The notes below the pieces were generated by a model. It saw only the letters and a program-made list of their open reading frames with translations. It was not told where the DNA came from and did no database searches. From IMG/VR virus record IMGVR_UViG_3300030108_005139, positions 1 to 64,000 of that record: a stretch of 64,000 nt of DNA; one strand, 5' to 3'. The position numbers were made by a program, and so were the translations under genes. Shown here in pieces: positions 27,402 to 37,016 of the stretch. This DNA comes from a virus. How positions within the stretch are numbered: position 1 is the stretch's first letter; each line of letters begins with the position of its first letter.

Positions 27402-27424
27402 CTTTTATCTCCTCTTGTTCTCAA

Positions 27425-27433
27425 GTAAATAGT
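27425..27433 (-). promoter_or_regulatory. candidate late promoter ACTATTTAC
   Basis: Intergenic, ~23 nt upstream of ATG 27401. Confidence 0.55.
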
Positions 27434-27476
27434 ATTTTAATTATGTTTTTGATTCTTTTTAAATATTTATGCAATT

Positions 27477-30400
27477 TTATTCAAACGACTCTTCAGTTGG
27501 CCTATTCAAATCTTCGTTATCTTTATCTGTATGAATCTGTCTAAATTTAAAATTGATGTCTATTTTTTTACCAGTCAGTTCCGAAGTTATCCTAAGTTTA
27601 TATTTTCTTCCCCAAAGAGTTCTTGCTTCCGCTGCCTTAGAGCCTAAATTCTTGTCTAGTAAGTATGATTCTAAATCCTGTTCATCAATAAACTGTTGAT
27701 TGAACGCCTCTTGGATTTGTGAGGGTTTAATTTTTATATATCTCCTCATATGCTTACTATAACTATCTGGAACAACTGGGAACACGTATTCTTCTATCGT
27801 TGGAAAAATTGAATTACCAGTATCCACCATCTCTACTTGTAATACCCCTGTTGGATTAGACGGATTATTATGTATATCAACCACTCTAAATGTGTACCAA
27901 TATTTTTTGTTTGGAACAATATCATCAACAAAAGAGTTTGCTGTTGTTACCACCTGATCTCTCCAAGTTCCTTCCTCCTGGTTCATCCGTCGAGCAGTGT
28001 TGTCTAAGATTATTTTTCTTGCATCAGAAAAATCTCCATAACTTGATGGCGGGAAGTCCAATCTATAAACTTCAAAAAGTTCTGGATAATCGTCATTTAA
28101 AAACAATACATCAAAGTCTTCAATATTGTTCTCATTAAGATCTGATTCTGTGGCCACTCGTCCACCATCAAGCGTTGATTGTTCCAAGCCTTGCTCAAGA
28201 ATCATATCTCTAAATTTGTCAACATCACTTGGAAGAACAATTTTTGGTTTATCAACATATTGACCCTGACCTGAATTCATCTGCACCAAAATTTTATCTT
28301 TTACAGAACGATACGGTATTAAATCAACATTTGGCGGTGTTGGGGGGTTGCCAATAATTTTAACCTCTGGTGGTTGATATCCAGCTGAGAAAATACTTGC
28401 TTCAACTATAACTGGGTGTGGCATATTGTTAACAGCGAACGTGTAGCTCGTAGGGGCGGGTTCCTTTCCACCACTACCGATGGTTCCTCCAGAGCGAAAA
28501 GGTCTATAAAATGGTGCTCGTCCTGCATCATAATCCGCTCGTTCTTGAGAAATTAACATCTCCATTCGTTGAACAATTATTGTTTCTATTCTATCTGCAG
28601 TTATAACATTTTGATATTCAATTTCAAGCTCTCTTATGATTGGACCTGGAGGGCTGAAGAAGTCTCTTCCATAGCGCTCCGTTAATTGTTCGTATCTAAC
28701 ATAGAGTCGATTTTTAGCGATTGCCAATAACCTAGCGAGCGATCTCGGATCATCAAACGCACCTGTAATCGACAGACCAAAGGGTGCTATTGGCCCAGCT
28801 GTCGTGTATCGACCCAATCCCTCAAGTTCCGCTTGTTCAGACAATAACAAAACCATATCCAAAGTATAGCGTCTAGCTCCAGGTATAATCCCTGGCGATG
28901 TTCCAATTGGATTTTGAACAATTAATAATGATGCCAGTTGGTCTCTAATTTCATCAAGAAGTTGATCAGTGCTGTAATCATAGCGTAGTTCAGTATCTGG
29001 CGTCTCAGTACTTAAGTACCTTTCTTGAAGCTCTGGTGATAACTCCACCCACGGAATCGCTTCAAACTCTCGATCAGGGGGCAAGGGTATAGTCGCTGGA
29101 TCCGGTTGCTCGATTTCTTCATACCAATATTCATTTCCAAAAACAAGATAATAACCATAGATATTATATCTATATCCAACACCATAACGGACTTGTGCGT
29201 CAATGTGTGAAAAACCACTATTTAAAAGAGTTGCGGGCAAAACAAAATTTTGTGTCACCTGGTCTGTTTCGGCATCGACTTTCTCTATCCTATAAAAAAG
29301 GGCCTCAGAATAAGCTAACTGACCATTAACTATATCTTTATATCTTCTAAAAATCCCACCAATAATGTCAGCAAGTTCTTCTGTTTCTGGCGTTGCTCCT
29401 AGAACATCTAGTGTCTCATCAGACTCCCTTCCAACTCTTTCTAAATATAAATTTATAAACGCCAAAATTACACCAAGGTGAGTTTGTATATCCACAGTGC
29501 TCAAACAGTTGGACCAGTTTTCTTCACCGGGTACTCTCATAATGTCTGGACCTAAAGAGTCTGATGATGGGATACCACTAATTGGAAATGTTTTATTAAA
29601 ATCCATCATAGTATCTGTTGGGGAGTTCTTGCCCCAAGTCTTTATCTCATCAAATAAGAGTGGACCAATCTCTGGTACACGGGTTAACAAACCTTCAAAC
29701 ACATCAGGATTTACAACCATTTCTTCAATTTCAGGCGTACAATAAATCTTAAACCACTCACGAAAATCCCAAACACGCTCTATTTTTGTTATGAGTTCTT
29801 GCCGACTCTCCATAACATTGATGCTTAAATCACTAGACGGCATCTTTGTTGATGAGGGACTACTTCCAAGTGGAGTCATACTACCATAATCTGATAGCAA
29901 TGACGCTATCCTAGATTTGTCCATATACCCACTTAGTGAACCATTAATGTTGGCTTGTACAAAGATATTTTTTGAACTTCGAGAGAAAGTATCAGAGGCT
30001 ATATTAGATATAGGATCGTAGTAAATTCCACCACCATCTGTGGTAAGGATTGATGCCCTTTCCATAGCTTCAGCAAAAAAACTTACAAATTCACGATAAC
30101 CCTCAAAATTAAATCTAGTAGTTACGTGCATCGGAGCAACACTAACCACCCCTCCAGGTGCATACTTGCTACCAGTTTCCTTGTAAGTTTCTTTATAAAA
30201 GTTACTAAAAATTAAATTTCTATACTCCAAACTTAATTTTTCAAGACCCTCCATATCGTTTGTTTGTTGAGCTATAGAAACAGTCTTATTCCACAAAGAT
30301 ATATATGGATGTTCCCTAGAGTACCTAAAGCGATTGAAATAATTTTCCCAATCAGGTGTGAATCGTTCCGGTAAACCAAGCGAATCCATCCTACGGTCTA

Positions 30401-32654
30401 AAGATATTAATTTACGAAACTCTGAAATGTTTGTTTTTGCAAAATCTACAACATAAAGATTAGGAAACACTGGTTCGTATATCAAATCCAATTCACTAGT
30501 TAATTGTTCAAACTCAGGTGCGAATGAGCCATTATAATGTCCTGTTAGTTTAACTAAGTCATCACATACAGGAATTTCAAAAGTGTAATCATAATAGCGC
30601 CTTGGTACCAATACAGATCGTGCTGCTTCAGAGGAGTCACCGTCACCAGTTCCATTTCTTAAATCAGCAGGATCATATGCGTAAGGATCCTTTATTTTTA
30701 AAAATGGTTCAAGATAATCATCCACTATGTTAACAAATCTAAGTCCCAATGGGCCTTCAGACTCAGAAACAAGATAATCTATTGCATTGAATCTCTTAAC
30801 GGTAACCTCTGTTCTTTTCCAATTACCCAATTTAATGTCTTGTGTATCATCAAATATTCTACGAACCGCTGCATCACGCTCAGAGGGCGAACTTCCAGCT
30901 GATATTAAGCCTAGTTCGAATAAGCGCTCGGGATCTCCCACATATGTCTCTGGACCAAAATTGCTGATATAGATCAAAGGAATCATATTTTTAGTCAACT
31001 CCTGACTAAGCAATGATTCACGATATCTTACAGCACCATCCACCAAACTAGTAATTGGCTCCCCCGGTATAGGTCTTGCAACCATATGCCCAGCAGCTAA
31101 TTCTGAAACAACATTAAGAAAGGCTGAGAAATCATCGGTTAAAACATCTTCGTTAGTTGAAATGGTCGGAAAATATCCAAACATTGGATTAAGGGTTTCT
31201 GACGAAATAATTTCGCCGCCTGCCCTTATTGGATCCGCACTAAGTGGCAGATCCCAACCATAAGCAAACCACATCCTCAAAGACATTCTCCTGATTAAAT
31301 CTTGCACCAAAAAGCCACTTTGAATTGTTTGCTCAATTGTATCTTCGTATCGATGAATAACAGGATCATCTCTCATTACGGCTTGATTATATTCAAGGAA
31401 AAAATTAGCTGCAGAGGGGTTACTTAAAACAGTCCTAGCATCTGGCAAGAGAAAGACTGAATCTCTCTTAACAATAGCCTTGTGTTTAGGATATTTAGGA
31501 ATGCCAGGGGTTTCATCTTTTCCGCTTGAATCTGGTTTCGGATCTGCAACATTGTCGCCATTTAGCAACCCTACTGCTGGATTTGGTCCATCCGATGCCA
31601 CCGACATAGGGGAGCCGCTTTCACCCCCCACAGTAGTGGCCACACCAACAACTCCACAATCACTAACATCATATGTACCTTCGGCTTGTCTATGTGCGAT
31701 TTCGTCCATAATATCAACTAATCGCAACCTCATTTCTGTCATTTCTGACGCAGAAGCAGTGTTCTGTTCAATTAAACTCGTAATCTGAGCACGAAGTTCA
31801 TTTTTTTCGGTTGTGGTGAGGCCAGATTCCAGAAGCCTTGCTTGAAGTTCAGCAAGCACTGCTGACCGGGATTCTGACCCAGCAACCGCACTTGTTATGT
31901 TATATTCAAGAGTTAATCTTTCTCCTCTAAGCCTACAATCTGACAAACTCCCGATGCCATCATCTTCTGGTGAGATGTCCTCTGCACAGGGCTCTTCCGA
32001 CCACATATTGTCAGATATTCTTCGCGCTCGCTCCTCCTTATAGTCTGTTAAACCTCTTTCTAAGAAAGTTTTTCTTTCTTGTAGCACTTCTATTTCAGCT
32101 GTGATTTCAGTTAGTTCTGCTATAGCCTCGCTGCGTTCAGAAGTTCCCGATTCAAGAGTAGGGATGAATGCTTGTAATGAATTTCTCTTGGCAAGGAGGG
32201 TGATAAGGTTCTCTTCCAACCTAGCAAGACTAGCCTCATCACCCAAAATCACCTCAGACAATTCACAGTTATCGATCTCGTCTAAGTAAGAGTCCTCTAC
32301 AATTAAAGATTCTTCTCTTCTTTGATCTGCTTCCTCTTTTACTCTTTGTAGTGTCATTGTTAAGAAACGGACTACCAGATCATCGCCGGATTCGATGGCT
32401 ACATAATAAGCACTAGCCGCTTCTAATGCTGCCGTCAGGGTACCTACACCTTCAAAAATTGCATCATCAGGAATTCCATCCAAAATCGCAGCGCTTGGCA
32501 TTGGAGGTGGTAGCTCACCAACAATATACCTCCAAGGCCCCCACACATACTCGGTACCTCTCAAGCTATCTGCAAGTTCAGAATCACTAGAACTGGCGAT
32601 ACCTGGTAGGGCAACGAGTGCAGCGACAAGCATTATAACAAATAAAATCATCAT
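27477..32654 (-). CDS. very large acidic hypothetical protein (~1725 aa), virion gene region
   Basis: Start placed at ATG 32654 just after the upstream stop; hydrophobic N-terminus, coiled coils. Confidence 0.75.
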   Translation of the reverse strand: MMILFVIMLVAALVALPGIASSSDSELADSLRGTEYVWGPWRYIVGELPPPMPSAAILDGIPDDAIFEGVGTLTAALEAASAYYVAIESGDDLVVRFLTMTLQRVKEEADQRREESLIVEDSYLDEIDNCELSEVILGDEASLARLEENLITLLAKRNSLQAFIPTLESGTSERSEAIAELTEITAEIEVLQERKTFLERGLTDYKEERARRISDNMWSEEPCAEDISPEDDGIGSLSDCRLRGERLTLEYNITSAVAGSESRSAVLAELQARLLESGLTTTEKNELRAQITSLIEQNTASASEMTEMRLRLVDIMDEIAHRQAEGTYDVSDCGVVGVATTVGGESGSPMSVASDGPNPAVGLLNGDNVADPKPDSSGKDETPGIPKYPKHKAIVKRDSVFLLPDARTVLSNPSAANFFLEYNQAVMRDDPVIHRYEDTIEQTIQSGFLVQDLIRRMSLRMWFAYGWDLPLSADPIRAGGEIISSETLNPMFGYFPTISTNEDVLTDDFSAFLNVVSELAAGHMVARPIPGEPITSLVDGAVRYRESLLSQELTKNMIPLIYISNFGPETYVGDPERLFELGLISAGSSPSERDAAVRRIFDDTQDIKLGNWKRTEVTVKRFNAIDYLVSESEGPLGLRFVNIVDDYLEPFLKIKDPYAYDPADLRNGTGDGDSSEAARSVLVPRRYYDYTFEIPVCDDLVKLTGHYNGSFAPEFEQLTSELDLIYEPVFPNLYVVDFAKTNISEFRKLISLDRRMDSLGLPERFTPDWENYFNRFRYSREHPYISLWNKTVSIAQQTNDMEGLEKLSLEYRNLIFSNFYKETYKETGSKYAPGGVVSVAPMHVTTRFNFEGYREFVSFFAEAMERASILTTDGGGIYYDPISNIASDTFSRSSKNIFVQANINGSLSGYMDKSRIASLLSDYGSMTPLGSSPSSTKMPSSDLSINVMESRQELITKIERVWDFREWFKIYCTPEIEEMVVNPDVFEGLLTRVPEIGPLLFDEIKTWGKNSPTDTMMDFNKTFPISGIPSSDSLGPDIMRVPGEENWSNCLSTVDIQTHLGVILAFINLYLERVGRESDETLDVLGATPETEELADIIGGIFRRYKDIVNGQLAYSEALFYRIEKVDAETDQVTQNFVLPATLLNSGFSHIDAQVRYGVGYRYNIYGYYLVFGNEYWYEEIEQPDPATIPLPPDREFEAIPWVELSPELQERYLSTETPDTELRYDYSTDQLLDEIRDQLASLLIVQNPIGTSPGIIPGARRYTLDMVLLLSEQAELEGLGRYTTAGPIAPFGLSITGAFDDPRSLARLLAIAKNRLYVRYEQLTERYGRDFFSPPGPIIRELEIEYQNVITADRIETIIVQRMEMLISQERADYDAGRAPFYRPFRSGGTIGSGGKEPAPTSYTFAVNNMPHPVIVEASIFSAGYQPPEVKIIGNPPTPPNVDLIPYRSVKDKILVQMNSGQGQYVDKPKIVLPSDVDKFRDMILEQGLEQSTLDGGRVATESDLNENNIEDFDVLFLNDDYPELFEVYRLDFPPSSYGDFSDARKIILDNTARRMNQEEGTWRDQVVTTANSFVDDIVPNKKYWYTFRVVDIHNNPSNPTGVLQVEMVDTGNSIFPTIEEYVFPVVPDSYSKHMRRYIKIKPSQIQEAFNQQFIDEQDLESYLLDKNLGSKAAEARTLWGRKYKLRITSELTGKKIDINFKFRQIHTDKDNEDLNRPTEESFE

Positions 32655-32655
32655 T

Positions 32656-35600
32656 TTAGTACCCTGATGTTCCTCCACCAGATCCGCCACCAGATCCGCC
32701 ACCATACCCACCACCACTCATTCCAGATGTTGTTCTAGTTGTGGCAGCACTTCTCCGACCAGCCATACTGGTGCTTCGCTGTGCTCTTGTAGTCATTCTC
32801 CGAGTAGCGGTCCTCGCTATTCTAGTTAATCTTTCGTGAGGTTCTGAGGTGTGTGTCCGACCAACCATTGGACCCTCTGTCGGATGCACGTGATAAAAAC
32901 CAACATAGTCTTCACCATTTGGAAGCAAAAATTGGCCACCAGATGTATACAAATCAGTTTGTATATCGCTGACTCTTCGATTTCTATAAATGGAATGGTC
33001 TAGCAACAATCTTGAATCTTTCATCACAGGAGTATGATCATAGTATTCAGGAGGTTGCAAACTCATTTTCACTCTTAAATTATCACCCCTTGGTGGAACC
33101 CTCATAGACATTTGTTCGTTTGTCGCTGAAGACAATAGAAAATATTCATCAAACACTGGGCATTTTAACTTGTCCTCAATCCCTAACTCACCGTTACTAT
33201 ATGGTCGAAGTCTAATCAAAGCGTTACCATTTAATCTTTCTATTGTATCTTTTGTAAGTAAACGCCATTCAGTATCTCTTAGTCCTGCACCATACCCTAC
33301 CAAAACCTCTACTCTTTGTAAGCTATTTATTTTAATATTAAATTCAGCATCATTTAAATAATTTCTAACAAAATGACCTGGATTTCTCGATTTGAAATTG
33401 TTTGGAGTTTTTGCAACCATAGATATAACTTGATTTGGAATCTCTCTTAACTTATTTGGTTGTATTGTATCAATAATATTTTTCTTATTTTCCAAATTGA
33501 ATTTCTCATTAGTCTTCTTAATTGAAGTTTTCTTTTGAGATATTGTTTTACTTTGCCCATCGCTGTCTTTAGAATTTAACGATTGGTTCGGTACAATCTG
33601 TGATAACAGCGCAGAAGTTTTTGTAATTTTATTAATATCCTTGGGTTTTTTAGAAATTGTAGCATCGACAAATTTCTTCTTATCTTTTTCAGTGGCATCA
33701 AACTTATTGGTATTGCCAACAAATTTCTTTGAATTAAGCTCTGTGCTTTCTTCGGTAGAAACTAGACTTAAAGATTTTATTTTTTCAATTTCATCGTCAG
33801 GCACTACAGTGACAGATTTTTTGCTCATAAAGTTTTCTATTTCCTTTAATGAGCCTTCCTCTGTGTCAATCGTGTTTTCATAATATCTTTCGTCACTATC
33901 AGATATGTTTTTTTCTTCATTTCTAGAAAGTATTAAAGCATTGAGGCCAACATATTTTACTTGATCCACCTTATCATCTAACTTAACAACATTATCTCCT
34001 GCTCTAACACTAATCGGCGATAAAAAGGAGTTTTTATTGTTTTCTGCGTTAAAATTAAACGTGTTCTCTAAACCACTTAAAACAGTGTTTGAATCTGACC
34101 CTGGAAACTTGTTACCCTCTTGTTGTACCCTGCTATTCCATTCAGAAACAGACACCTTAACTAGCCCCACCGACTCGCTTTGTTGCTCCTCTGGATAAAG
34201 ATAGCTGAAGCCAGTGTTGTTTTGACAATCAATTACATAAGTATCTTCTTGCTTGGAAAATTCTCTACTGACTACAAACGTTTTAAATTCAGTTTTATCT
34301 ATGTGCCCAAAGGAACTGTTATGAACTTTTTTCTTACTACTCAAGTAATTTCTTTTTGTTAAAAGAGCTTCATTCCTTAACATTAAGTCTTGAATTAGCT
34401 CTAGAAACCTCTCTAAACCACTAATGTTCCCACTAACAGGGTGAGTCATATTGAAAATAGTTCTTATTAAGACCTCTCTCGTTGTTTTAGAAATACCCTC
34501 GATGATAGACAAATTTTGAACGTAAACACCAAGACATTTTGCAAGCAAATCTTGTTTGGCCTTTTGATCAGTTTGAATGAAATTCTGATGGAATCTGTTC
34601 GAATGGTAATTCATTCCCTCTACACTTTCTTGAATGTATTCTTCCAACAACTTAGAACTTCTTTGAAGCGCTGCATATTGTTTACGAAAAAAACCCTCAG
34701 TACCATCTTCAAATTCTATCTCAACACGGTAAAAGTAACGACCAGCAGTAAATTGACTTACTTCGTGGTCAGTGACTGAAAAATATCTAACTCGATTACT
34801 ATCGCCAATATAGTTTTGGTCTAAATAGGTCTCCTCCAGAGAGGCGATTGTGGACTCTCCTTCCAAATAGGAATTGTTGATTAATTGTCTACCATTTTCA
34901 ATGTCTTGTGAAAAAACAATTAATTTATCTTGTTGCACTCCCTTCTCAAAACGGCTCCTAAAGACTTTTAAGTATTTAATCTTCATAAATGGCATCAACC
35001 TATCGAGCGTTTTTGGGTTGTCAATAAATTTAGTAAACTTTACATTTTTTAGATAAATCTGCTTGCAATCAATTCCAAACATAAATCTAACATTTTTACT
35101 TCTGTCGGTTGTTAGGTAAAAGTTTGAAAATTCAGCACCATTAAAGTTTTTAGGATCTAACGGGCTACTAATTTGCAATAAAGAAGAGACCTTCTTAAAA
35201 ACTCTAAAATCTTGAATTTTTGTATTTGGCGTTTCAAAAAACTTTAACGAGTTATTAACTCCTGTCCCACTAAAAGTTATTGGCGATGGCTTATAAAAAT
35301 CACCAGACCACAGCTTGCCATCTCTAGTTCTTAATCCATAATTATTTAATGATAATTCAGAATTATCAATAATAATATCTGTTTTAATCCTACCAACTGT
35401 CTGATATTTATCTGTGACCCCAGAAGCCTGTTCTTCAAATATTCTATAGGGAAATATTACAGTTGCAAGATGTGGAGGGTTTTCATCAGTGACCCTAGCA
35501 TCTTCAAAAGTTATGTCGAACGGTATCTCATAAAATGAATTATTTCTATTGTCGGTAATAACATTGAGCATTTTAACGTCAGAAATGCTTATATTTTCTA

Positions 35601-35901
35601 AACTAACAATTTGATGAGTTGCATCTTTTGCCTTTTTATAGTTGTACTTTAAAGACGCTCTTCTGTTTGATAATTCTTTTGTTAGTTTTGCACTAAAGCT
35701 TAATATAGCCTTAACGCTAAAGCCAGTTAATAAACTTCTAATTTGTTCTACTTGAACCACGTCTTGTTCGTCTGTTCTTTTCTTTTTTATACAACAACGC
35801 AGAATAACTTTTCCAGTGTCCAAAGTAATACCGTTAACATACACAGGGGGTAGGCTATCAGTGTGGCCTCTAGAATCTATTTTTAATTTAGCCATTGCCA
35901 T
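32656..35901 (-). CDS. large hypothetical virion-region protein
   Basis: ~1081 aa from ATG 35901; C-terminal LYTSGG..YVGFYHVH..GPMVG module and Gly/Ser tail. Confidence 0.75.
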   Translation of the reverse strand: MAMAKLKIDSRGHTDSLPPVYVNGITLDTGKVILRCCIKKKRTDEQDVVQVEQIRSLLTGFSVKAILSFSAKLTKELSNRRASLKYNYKKAKDATHQIVSLENISISDVKMLNVITDNRNNSFYEIPFDITFEDARVTDENPPHLATVIFPYRIFEEQASGVTDKYQTVGRIKTDIIIDNSELSLNNYGLRTRDGKLWSGDFYKPSPITFSGTGVNNSLKFFETPNTKIQDFRVFKKVSSLLQISSPLDPKNFNGAEFSNFYLTTDRSKNVRFMFGIDCKQIYLKNVKFTKFIDNPKTLDRLMPFMKIKYLKVFRSRFEKGVQQDKLIVFSQDIENGRQLINNSYLEGESTIASLEETYLDQNYIGDSNRVRYFSVTDHEVSQFTAGRYFYRVEIEFEDGTEGFFRKQYAALQRSSKLLEEYIQESVEGMNYHSNRFHQNFIQTDQKAKQDLLAKCLGVYVQNLSIIEGISKTTREVLIRTIFNMTHPVSGNISGLERFLELIQDLMLRNEALLTKRNYLSSKKKVHNSSFGHIDKTEFKTFVVSREFSKQEDTYVIDCQNNTGFSYLYPEEQQSESVGLVKVSVSEWNSRVQQEGNKFPGSDSNTVLSGLENTFNFNAENNKNSFLSPISVRAGDNVVKLDDKVDQVKYVGLNALILSRNEEKNISDSDERYYENTIDTEEGSLKEIENFMSKKSVTVVPDDEIEKIKSLSLVSTEESTELNSKKFVGNTNKFDATEKDKKKFVDATISKKPKDINKITKTSALLSQIVPNQSLNSKDSDGQSKTISQKKTSIKKTNEKFNLENKKNIIDTIQPNKLREIPNQVISMVAKTPNNFKSRNPGHFVRNYLNDAEFNIKINSLQRVEVLVGYGAGLRDTEWRLLTKDTIERLNGNALIRLRPYSNGELGIEDKLKCPVFDEYFLLSSATNEQMSMRVPPRGDNLRVKMSLQPPEYYDHTPVMKDSRLLLDHSIYRNRRVSDIQTDLYTSGGQFLLPNGEDYVGFYHVHPTEGPMVGRTHTSEPHERLTRIARTATRRMTTRAQRSTSMAGRRSAATTRTTSGMSGGGYGGGSGGGSGGGTSGY

Positions 35902-36983
35902 TAGTCGCAAACTTCTCCAACATCAACGTCCCTACGGGCATACATATCACTGGCCATAGTTCTTGTAGGTTCCCTTTCATCTCCGCAATCGTACACCCTG
36001 TCAAGAAAGAGACCCTTGGCAGTGTCCAAACCCTTGTACTTACAAAGAAATCTTTCTGAAATTTCGTCATCCACCTTTATTGATAAATAATAATCAGCGT
36101 ACTCGGCAACCTTCCTATTAAGCTTGTCAAAATATCTTCGCTTCGGGATAGGGTTGTGATCTAAATCAAAATCTTCGCTTTCAAAAAAATCCATCTCTTC
36201 GCTTTTATTAGGATCAGAATTCCAAAATTTAATTGGCTTTAATCTTGTTGCTGAGTTATTATTAGATATTCCTGCCGAGGGGTGTTTGCCACCAAAATCA
36301 GGGAACTCCTCACTAACTTCAAAAAGCTCTATTTTAAAATTTTCTTTTTGATATGGAGAATTTACTTCATCTATCTCCACCAATAAAAAGTTGTCTCGAA
36401 GCTCTAGGAAGCCATCTTCAAGATCATACACAAATCGCTCTTCTTCATCAAAAACAACTTCAGGTGATGTCAAAGATCCATAAACTGTTTCATAGACCAA
36501 ATCTTTAACATTCAATTGTGGAATCTTAAATTTTGGTCCCTCATAAGTATCACCAACTCTTATCGAACTGGTAAACAACATTGGAGAATCCGATAACTCA
36601 CCTCTCAGTATATTGACATCGAAAGCAGGAGAGTTGTCGCTGTAATAATCTGCAATTCCTAATTCAGAGGACAAAGAGTAGTTTCTTATGTAATAAGATT
36701 GTATAGTGCTTTGCTCATCGGTCTCTTGAGCAAGAACACTAGTGTCAAACTCTTCTCTACAATTCCTAAACGTCTTTTGAATCTTGGGCCTTGGTGTTTC
36801 TTTTATCCTATCTTCTGCGGCACTTTGTGACTCATCATATCCCATATACTTTGAATCATATATGATATCATCATCAAAAAAAGAATAATAAACTGGCTTA
36901 AACCGACCCTTCGACAACAGATGTCTACCATATGAGGTCAATTCAATTTCCAACACTTCTTCTTGTCTATTATAGAAAACCAC
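35901..36983 (-). CDS. virion structural protein, N-terminus paralogous to 26478-27401
   Basis: LEIELTSYGRHLLS..YYSFFDDDIIYD. Confidence 0.7.
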   Translation of the reverse strand: MVFYNRQEEVLEIELTSYGRHLLSKGRFKPVYYSFFDDDIIYDSKYMGYDESQSAAEDRIKETPRPKIQKTFRNCREEFDTSVLAQETDEQSTIQSYYIRNYSLSSELGIADYYSDNSPAFDVNILRGELSDSPMLFTSSIRVGDTYEGPKFKIPQLNVKDLVYETVYGSLTSPEVVFDEEERFVYDLEDGFLELRDNFLLVEIDEVNSPYQKENFKIELFEVSEEFPDFGGKHPSAGISNNNSATRLKPIKFWNSDPNKSEEMDFFESEDFDLDHNPIPKRRYFDKLNRKVAEYADYYLSIKVDDEISERFLCKYKGLDTAKGLFLDRVYDCGDEREPTRTMASDMYARRDVDVGEVCD

Positions 36984-36997
36984 TACTTTTTCCCTTT

Positions 36998-37007
36998 AAA
37001 TAATTAG
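36998..37007 (-). promoter_or_regulatory. candidate late promoter variant CTAATTATTT
   Basis: Intergenic, ~14 nt upstream of GTG 36983. Confidence 0.4.
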
Positions 37008-37016
37008 AAATCAAGA

